In this document: piece by piece, positions 56,006 through 64,000 of the stretch
Layout of the letters: every line of letters begins with the position of its first letter
Position numbering within the stretch: the first letter of the stretch is position 1
Notes under the pieces: generated by a model
Told to the model about the DNA's origin: nothing
Seen by the model: only the letters and a program-made list of their open reading frames with translations
The model's database searches: none
Position numbers and translations under genes: made by a program
Origin: Lytechinus pictus
Lineage: Eukaryota
DNA length: 64,000 nt
Assembly: GCF_037042905.1 (NCBI RefSeq)
Contig: NC_087245.1
Span: 31,126,001-31,190,000 of the forward strand
Reading direction: 5' to 3'

Positions 56006-56846
56006 TTTTTTTTTTTTGGATGTCAAAAATGTCCGGTTTGGGGCTTCGTACCGACGCATTGCAGTTGCACGTGCTGTATGTAAGAATCGGTACCGGGACG
56101 TTGCGCAATGCCAACGACTTACATCGGCGGACATGCGGCGCGGGGAATGAGCTGTGCACGGTGCGATGAGACTGGAGTAGCCCACTCATTCAATGAATAA
56201 GGGTGGCAATTTTGGCTTATTTTCTCTTTTTCTTTGGGACAAATGTCTTCAATTGATTTTCTTACACTGTCAGTTTCCAATATAGACCAAAAGCTTTGGT
56301 CTCTGTTATGTTGGTTGTTCAGCTGAACTCCGTTGGCTTCACTCACCAAATACAGAGACCGAAGTTCTAGCGCGATCTGTACAGGGGACCCAATGGCCAT
56401 ATGTTTATGTGTATTAAGTTTGGATAAAACAGGGCAGTGAAGTTGCGTGACAGCCGAGGTAAGTCACTGTTTTTGTTCCTTCTAACTTGATTTTCCCCGT
56501 TTTTTGGCAATTAATGCCAAGAGGGAATATTAATTTGCATTTTGGTCGCGTTAATTTTCAAAAGTTTGATTCATTAAAGACAAAAATTGAAGAGCCCCGA
56601 CGGGGGGATTTTGCATTGTAAGTCCCCTAATGGTGGCTGCACGATAGCGAGCCGTCTGTGTATGAGGAGAAATTTAAAAAATAAAAAAAATGTTAAAAAA
56701 CTCCTCGAAACAGACGGCTGCCAGCTGTCTATTTCCAATACAGCTATTCATGATTTTTCATCATGTTATTACTTGGTAACCCAGGGCCAGGCACTCACAC
56801 GTATTGCGAGGTTAGTATTAGTATACTAACCTCGCCAGGGAGCTCC

Positions 56847-57266
56847 GGCCCGCTGCGAGCCCAGGGGCTTACCGTGTATTTGACCATACTCACGGGACTA
56901 GCGTGATTTATGGTCTAAATATTTCTCCAAATGAATTGTGAAAACAGAAATTATGCACTTACCGCGATTATATGGATGAAGGTCTAACGAGTTGCAGTTT
57001 CCTGACATCGAGGCACAGACTGGAACTTCAAAAAACCGAAAAGTTGTCTCCTTCTACCCCCGTCACGATCGGCCATTTTTGTTATGAATCGTAAGTGCCT
57101 CGATGTCAGGAAACTGCCACTCGTTAGACCTTCATCCATATAATCGCGGTAAGTGCATAATTTCTGTTTTCACAATTCATTTGGAGAAATATTTAGACCA
57201 TAAATCACGCTAGTCCCGTGAGTATGGTCAAATACACGGTAAGCCCCTGGGTTTCGGCAGCGGGCC
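56847..57266. mobile_element. Palindromic cassette 1 (about 170-bp arms, about 78-bp spacer)
   Basis: Arms 56847-57016 and 57095-57266 are near-perfect inverted copies; GGAGCTCC on both sides. Confidence 0.85.
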
Positions 57267-57274
57267 GGAGCTCC

Positions 57275-58229
57275 TAGCCTGGAGGCGTCTGGGGAGTGAA
57301 AGTAATATACTGTACGTATGGTCACTCCCCTAACGCCTGGCATTGTGATGTATAGAGTCCTACCTACCGAGGGAAAAGGCAACTATAAAAATGCGCCAAA
57401 CTGCTAGTTATGTTTAGAATCTGAGGTCACGACTGCTGTACATTGGTAACAATATTGGTTGGCAACGTTTGGCAAAAAATGTGTAGTAATGGTTACAAAA
57501 TGACGAATAAATTATATGAAGTAATAAAAGTAGAAGAGAGTTTACTTACACTTGTTGACATCGCCATCTTTGATCCTTTGTAATTGCAACCTAGTTACGT
57601 GACGCGTATAGAGGGCGGCAAAATCATGAGCGGTGCTAGATTAAAAAGTGCTAAAATGTCCCGCTTCAACCACTGAACTAGAAATACGTGGAAGTCGTGT
57701 ACACCCAAGCAAAACATCGCCAGCGAACTCGATAAGTCACGTGACCGCCGCCATTTTGCTAGGTCAATTGTTCGAGAACGCGCCGTAGAAGGCAAGATGC
57801 AATATGTTTTCTCTATGTATTTCTAGTTCAGTGGTTGAAGCGGGGCATTTTAGCACTTTTTAATCTAGCACCGCTCATGATTTTGCCGCCCTCTATACGC
57901 GTCACGTAACTAGGTTGCAATTACAAAGGATCAAAGATGGCGATGTCAACAAGTGTAAGTAAACTCTCTTCTACTTTTATTACTTCATATAATTTATTCG
58001 TCATTTTGTAACCATTACTACGCATTTTTTGCCAAACGTTTCCAACCAATATTGTTACCCATGTACAGCAGTCGTGACCTCAGATTCTAAACATAACTAG
58101 CAGTTTGGCGCATTTTTATAGCTGCCTTTTCCCTCGGTACGTAGGACTCTATACATCACAATGCCAGGCGTTAGGGGAGTGACCATACGTACAGTATATT
58201 ACTTTCACTCCCCAGACGCCTCCAGGCTA
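57275..58229. mobile_element. Palindromic cassette 2 (413-bp arms, TAG...CTA termini; hAT- or Academ-like)
   Basis: Arms 57275-57687 and 57817-58229; GGAGCTCC on both sides. Confidence 0.88.
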
Positions 58230-59760
58230 GGAGCTCCCTGGGTTAGTAACTTGGTTCTTAATTATTAAAATCTTATGTAAATTTGATTCTTTAAATTATT
58301 TTTTCTTAATTAAAAATAGAGATTGAAAAATGAAAATTTTCTTGCCATATTACTTTCCACCAATAGAGGGCATACACAAAAATATGCCCAAAATTCAAGT
58401 TTTTGAGCGCTCTGGTGAATACAAAAATTATTCCCAAGTTACTAATGAAAAATACATTACAACTGTATGGAAATTAGTAATTTTGATCACAAAAGTGATA
58501 TTTTAAAGTGTGTGCTATGTACAGCATTGGCATACCATAGTCCTAACTGTAGATTCCCCACAGGCAGGATGGTTGCAGTGAACAAGCGGAGTAGCCTGGA
58601 GGCTCCTGGAGAGTAAAAATCGGTCTACTATACGTAGGCTTACTCCCCATGGAGCCTGGAATTGCTTCCCATACGGCTACACATATGGCCCCAAAAACTG
58701 AAACTTTTGCCCCGAGATTTCTACTTTCCCTTTAAAAGATCTAGATCTAGCCCTAAATCATGAACATGGGGTACAACTTCATTTCCAACATTTCTACGAT
58801 ATTGATTTCATTTTTAAACAAGAATTCATTAAAAAAACGAGAAAAATGTTATGAAAAAACGGGAAGAGTTCGATTTCTTAGTCTTCCGCTTGGCGACAGC
58901 ACGCAAACCGCGCAGTTTGCGTGCTGTCGCCAAGATGAATGAATTCTTGTGAATTCATGAGTTCATCCCCCCCCCCCGGGGGATGAACCAAGAAACCTGC
59001 AATAAAACACAGAAATCATGTAAGTGATATAAAGAAATTGATCAATCAATGTTAAATCTCAATATGAATACCCCTGAAATACCTCAATAAAAGTAGGGAA
59101 ACAACAGACATACATTGTGTTGTATAAATTTCCTCTACATGAATTACTCCCTGAAATAAGCTCATATACTGGCAGAGAGAAATTAAACCATGTGATAATA
59201 AGTGAGTACGATCGATTAAAGTAATAATAACACAAATGATAATACGTAAATATGAAAGAAGGTGCCAATGATGCTGATGATATTGGTAACATTGATAATG
59301 GTAATTATGATTTTAATAATAATGAAATTGACAATAAATATAAAAATAATATGATAATAAATCAATAATATTAATAATCTATTAAGTCAAAGAAGAATAG
59401 TAATTGAGAGGAATACCTAAAAAGCTATTGCAAATGAATTAATCCATACTGATTTTTTTTAAATAAACAAATTAGAAAATCTATATACACAAAACTCAGT
59501 GATATGACTGAAATTATTCTAAAATTGAAATATAAAGTAAATGTAGCGGAAACTCATTTAAGCAATGAAATTTATGAAAATTAATTATTTCAATGAATGG
59601 AACCTATGATTGAATGTATAAATAGTTGAAGAAATTAAATAATAACTACATGAAAAGAGACGTGAATTAAGTCAATTAACAAATGAATTAACAACAAACT
59701 AATTCAATTATCACAGAGCGAAGGGGATATGATCGCGCGATCATAACAGCAAATTGTATT

Positions 59761-59774
59761 GCGCCATCTGGTGT
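59761..59774 (-). promoter_or_regulatory. CTCF-like site upstream of the SLC35F gene
   Basis: Minus strand ACACCAGATGGCGC resembles the CTCF core CCACCAGRKGGCGC. Confidence 0.4.
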
Positions 59775-60781
59775 TCGAATTCTGGCATGAAGCATGGTGA
59801 CGTTAAAGGTCGGTCCCAGACGTAAATAATCATATCTGATTGATACACGTCTGACAAAACTCAAATCACACACACACACATACAAATTCTGGCAAGCTCG
59901 AAGCCTTCGGCGATCGTCGCGCTACCCAAAACTTTCCCCAGAAAATCCAAATCGAACTACACATACGGAAAGCTTATAATTTCGGCTACATCGCAAGCCC
60001 AAGTACATGTATTTAAGCCGGAAACACCGTAAATACATTTTATGCGACCTTAACTGAAAAGGTGTACGAGTTCTAGCGGTATATGATATACTTCTTCATC
60101 ATGGAGTCTTGAACTGCCGGCCATAAGAAACACATGTAAACAAAGATGGATTTCCCTAGGAAATCCATAGAGGGTGAAATCGGTTTGTAGGGTCAAACTT
60201 TATTTATCTATGAACCTTGATGCGCCTAATGCGTATAAAGGGATAAAAATTATTTCACTATAAATGGTAAAAATGAGACGTTTCTTACCAGACTGATCTC
60301 CTGTAGATCCCTCGATCCGTTTGTCAACATCCGATTAGCGATGCCGTTTTGAAGAACAATTTATAGATGAAAATTATTTCACAAATACTAAAATTTAATA
60401 CGTGATTATCAATAATTAGTAGCATTGTACTAATCACTGTCCCTAGTATTGTAATCGCTCGCAAAATATTCTGTATCTTTTCCTCATCAGTCGATTCCCC
60501 ACCATCAACTAAACTAAAGCCACCTCAACTCTGATCAGTGATTGAAGTAATGTTACTCGAGCGAGAATAATTTGCATTGTAATTGCTCAAAAATATTCTG
60601 TTTCTTTTCATTACCAGTCGAATCACCAGCATCAACTAAAGTCACCTCAACTCTGATCTGGCCACTGACTAGACCAGTCGTGTTTATGTTGAAGCAAGTG
60701 TGAGTGGAAGATTTTCTCCATTGGACATTTTGTGAGTCACATTTTTTGGTGGTAGCAGGGCATTGCTTACACTTGTGTACC

Positions 60782-61130
60782 ATGGAATCGGAGAAAGACA
60801 ATGATAACCAGCAAAACACTGGCCAGCAAGACCCATCAGCCACAGAGGCTCCGGGGAGTGAAATGGACAGTACTCCGGTAGAAGGTGTTCCAGAAGGAGA
60901 GGCTCCTCCAGCGAAAGAGGCTCCAGCAGATGAGAAAGTAGAGATTGAGAATGAGGTAAAGCCAACCAAAGGGGAGGCAGAACAAGCAAGAATTGAGGAA
61001 GCAACAGAAAAGGAACCTATGCTTGTCCCAAACTCCGAGTCTGAAGGTCATCAAGGGGACGGTGATCAGGCTGCAGAAGTGCAGAAAAAAGGAATAGCGG
61101 AGCAGAAGCAAAATGGAGCCCATCCTACAG
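60782..61130 (+). CDS. SLC35F3: SLC35F3/F4-like transporter, coding exon 1 (acidic disordered N-terminus MESEKDNDNQQ...)
   Basis: ACCATGG Kozak context, CAG/GTAATT donor, phase 1 matches exon 2. Confidence 0.8.
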
Positions 61131-61477
61131 GTAATTAATTACATGGGAATGATATGCTGATAAAGGAGAACATTTATATTGGTTTATTTTCACAGTTCTC
61201 TATTTTCATTACTTGTTATATTTATTTAGTAAAAAGAAAGTAAATATTAGCATTGGATCCTTGTACATTGTTGAATCATACAGATATGCTGTTAAGAAGA
61301 AAGAACTTTTATAGTGATTTATTTCATAGTTTTAATTTTCTTTCTTGCTACCTTTATTTGGTAAAAATGAAGTAAATGTTCGGGTCAAAGCCTTTTCCAT
61401 GTGAAACCTCAAATACATGGGAAGAAATAGTATAAATGGAATTTCATTCTCTTCATTTTCCATGTTTCCTTTTTTAG

Positions 61478-61778
61478 CTGAACAAGTACCAGTTGAAGTG
61501 ACAATTGAAAAATGCACCAAACCGCCCTCTTCCTCCTATAGTACCGTCCGCAAGATTCTTATAGGTTTGTCCATTGGTCTTGGTGTGGCAATTTCGTGGG
61601 TGGCGGCTACTCAGTTCATGAAGGCAATGTACGATGAGAACTTTGATGCTCCGTTCTTTATGATCTGGTTCACAACAATTTGGATGGTGGTGTGCTACCC
61701 AATCTACATCATTGGCTCCTTGGTGATCTTCAAGGATCAGAGGAATGCCGGCTGGGCTGGTATCAAAGAGTTATATAA
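61478..61778 (+). CDS. SLC35F3: SLC35F3/F4-like exon 2 (…GVAISWVAATQFMKAMYDENFDAPFFMIWFTTIW…)
   Basis: Polypyrimidine-AG acceptor, GTAAGT donor; SW..TQ...F.APF...W motif of the SLC35F3/F4/F5 group. Confidence 0.92.
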
Positions 61779-62358
61779 GTAAGTCCCTTTTAATGCCTCT
61801 ACCCACTGAAGGTGGCAGCTGGCAGCAGTGTCTGTTGGGGGTCATCCACCTGTCTTTCCATACTTTAAATGTTTTTTGCAATACAAAAAATGTTTGATGG
61901 ATCAACTTTAAACATGCTTTATGTTTATCTGAGGGATGATAATTTTATTAATTTGAGGCGGTTTCGAGGGCAAAGACAGGACCATTTAATTGATCAAATT
62001 GAGCAAAGATGATCTGATTGGATGTCGAAGTCACATACATGTAGCGCTCGTGGCATGGATCAAATTAGAATTTGATTGATGCGTCAAACAGGAGTGGCAA
62101 TCAGATTAGATGAAGAAAATCTTTGACAATCTAAGGGTATGGTATATTCTGATCTGGAGGAGGGCTGATATCTTGACTGCACAATGTTGAAAATCCATCT
62201 AGCTTCTCTATTATAACAGTGTAACCTGCTTCACTAAGAACTGAAGAGAATGAATACCAATCCAGAGACTTTCTATAGACACCCATCTAAAAGGTCCTAT
62301 ATATTCATGTTTGTTGGTTTGGTGGAATGATGTGGAATTTTTCTTCTCCTTTCATCAG

Positions 62359-62584
62359 GGCTGATCAGCAGATATATGGAGAGAGAGGCATGACTCTCTG
62401 GAACTGCCTAAAACTGACAGGTCCATTCTGTGCCCTGTGGATGATTACAAACTACATGTACGCTGCGGCTCTCAAGTTCAAGTCGCCAACGGATGTTACG
62501 GCACTCTTTGTCACCAATACTGCATTCATCTATGTATTCTCTTGGATTTGGTTGGAGGAACTGCTCATCCTTCTTCCTGCCAGG
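62359..62584 (+). CDS. SLC35F3: SLC35F3/F4-like exon 3 (…GPFCALWMITNYMYAAALKFKSPTDVTALFVTNTAFIYVFSWIWL…)
   Basis: Phase 2 to 0; PF..LW..TNY.Y..A......TDV..LF..N.AF....SWI motif typical of SLC35F3/F4. Confidence 0.93.
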
Positions 62585-63014
62585 GTGAGTTTCCTTCTTT
62601 TCTCTTTCTCCACATCCTTGTCGCTCATGTTCTTTTCTTTCAATTGCTTCCTCAAACAACTAAAAAAAAAGGAGCATTGTTGATTTTATTGAAATAATTG
62701 TGAGATAATTACTTAATTGTTCATTTATCTTTAATACACCAGTCAAATCTGTCTATTAAGGCCATCCAAGGGAAATTGAAAAAGTGGCCACAGGAGGTAG
62801 ACCTGTGGCTTTGTATAGATATGTTCTATGAAACGTATTCTGTTTAAAATGAGAGCCTAATTCGACTGAAAACTATTATAATGCATGCTTTTGCTACAGA
62901 GAGTTGGTCGTAAGACAGGTTTGACTGTATTTATTTGTTGTGTTTGGTGTTTGTGGTGATTTTTTTTTGCACTATTATTTAATATCTCTTGCACTCTTCT
63001 CAATTGGTCTTCAG

Positions 63015-63140
63015 TTATGCTCAGTGCTTCTGTCTATTGTGGGTACTGTCTTGATGATGGCAGCCGACGGCTTTGGAGGCGGGAGTGTTATAGGAGTCCT
63101 TTTGGCTTTGGGTGCTGCAATAGGAGCGGCCCTCTACAAG
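63015..63140 (+). CDS. SLC35F3: SLC35F3/F4-like exon 4 (LCSVLLSIVGTVLMMAADGFGGGSVIGVLLALGAAIGAALYK); gene continues to the right
   Basis: tcttcag acceptor, AAG/GTAGGT donor; ADGF...IG......ALYK motif. Confidence 0.92.
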
Positions 63141-63237
63141 GTAGGTCCAACCTCATTCAGAACCAACAGACCTCATTACAGAATCCGTAATATCTTCTCT
63201 GGCCCATTTTCTGAGCTCAGGTTAAATTTAAACTCTG

Positions 63238-63415
63238 GAATGGATGTTTCATAAAGCTGTAAGTTACGAGCGACCTAAGGGACAACCAGTGATCCTTTTT
63301 CAGGCACTTAATCAGCATCGATGACAATTTGGTGTATATTATTTACCACGTGAAATGATCACCAGTCGTTCGTAAAGTATCTCGTAACTTATTAACAGCT
63401 TAATGAAACACCCAC
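63238..63415. mobile_element. Second copy of the same Harbinger-like MITE, in an SLC35F intron
   Basis: Similar to 28451-28620, including the GATCACCAGTCGTTC arm. Confidence 0.65.
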
Positions 63416-64000
63416 CTGGTTTAAAGTTGCAGTTAACTGTTGATGGCCAGTTGTAATACACCACCAACAACAACAAGTTCAATTTATTAGCTTATTTGAC
63501 AGTCATTCATAATTGTCTGGGAATGATTACTAAAATAGTTTTCTTGACCATTTAAGCACAAGAAAAGAGCACATGAAACATAAGAAATATACAATGTAAA
63601 TAAAAGTTATTTTCAGCTTCCGATTGTAACTCTAGCACAAAGTTAGGACATTGCAGGTTAACATGAATTCAGAATACCATCCTTTTTTTTTTCAGAGCCA
63701 AATTATATGGAGCGGGATGATGCTAGTCTGTAGCAGTACTTTATAAGAAAGACACTGTTGATTTTTGCCCTCTTTCTGTCATTTACTCTTTCAGTTGAGG
63801 CACGATCTTCAATGTCAACATCTAAGATACATGAATGTTCAAAATGTTTTCTAGATATGACATAGATTACCTAAATTCATTGTTTTCTTGACAATTTGGT
63901 GTGCTCGCCTTTGTTTACAAAGGACATTTTGAAAATTATATGTTGAAAAAATTATGACACTGATGGATTTCCACAGAGTAACGATTGATTGGATCAATCA

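Larger units (their letters stand above)
52477..56050. mobile_element. IS3EU-like non-autonomous foldback element with subterminal 21-22 bp ACGT-palindrome arrays
   Basis: TACGAAGCCCCAAACCGGACATTTTTGAC TIRs; 6-bp TSD CCGACG (52471-52476 and 56051-56056). Confidence 0.8.

Noticed and set aside
60553..61123. Antisense ORFs overlapping SLC35F exon 1
   Set aside because: Shadow frames of a low-complexity coding exon

Overview
This is AT-rich, repeat-dense animal genomic DNA. The repeat families and gene structures suggest a sea urchin or other echinoderm (inference). Two divergent intron-containing genes flank a ~42 kb intergenic or 5'-intronic region. (1) On the minus strand, ~2187-18794, are the 5' coding exons of a giant Ig-domain muscle protein of the twitchin/projectin/titin family. 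I could splice 14 coding exons, including three 28-31 nt micro-exons, in a consistent frame with GT-AG boundaries; the gene continues left of the window. A candidate muscle promoter with a CArG box and an MCAT site lies at ~33.4-33.8 kb. (2) On the plus strand, 60782-63140 and beyond, are the first four coding exons of an SLC35F3/F4-like EamA/DMT transporter. Between them lie many non-autonomous DNA transposons (Kolobok-, hAT-, Tc1-, CACTA-, Harbinger-, TU/foldback- and IS3EU-like), tRNA-derived SINEs, LINE tails and microsatellites, often nested 3-4 deep. The most unusual structure is at 56.8-58.2 kb. Two unrelated near-perfect palindromic cassettes are stacked in tandem, each bounded by the same 8-bp palindrome GGAGCTCC, and each has a central YY1-type motif plus outward-facing splice donors. 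I found no prokaryotic features, CRISPR arrays or intact transposase ORFs.
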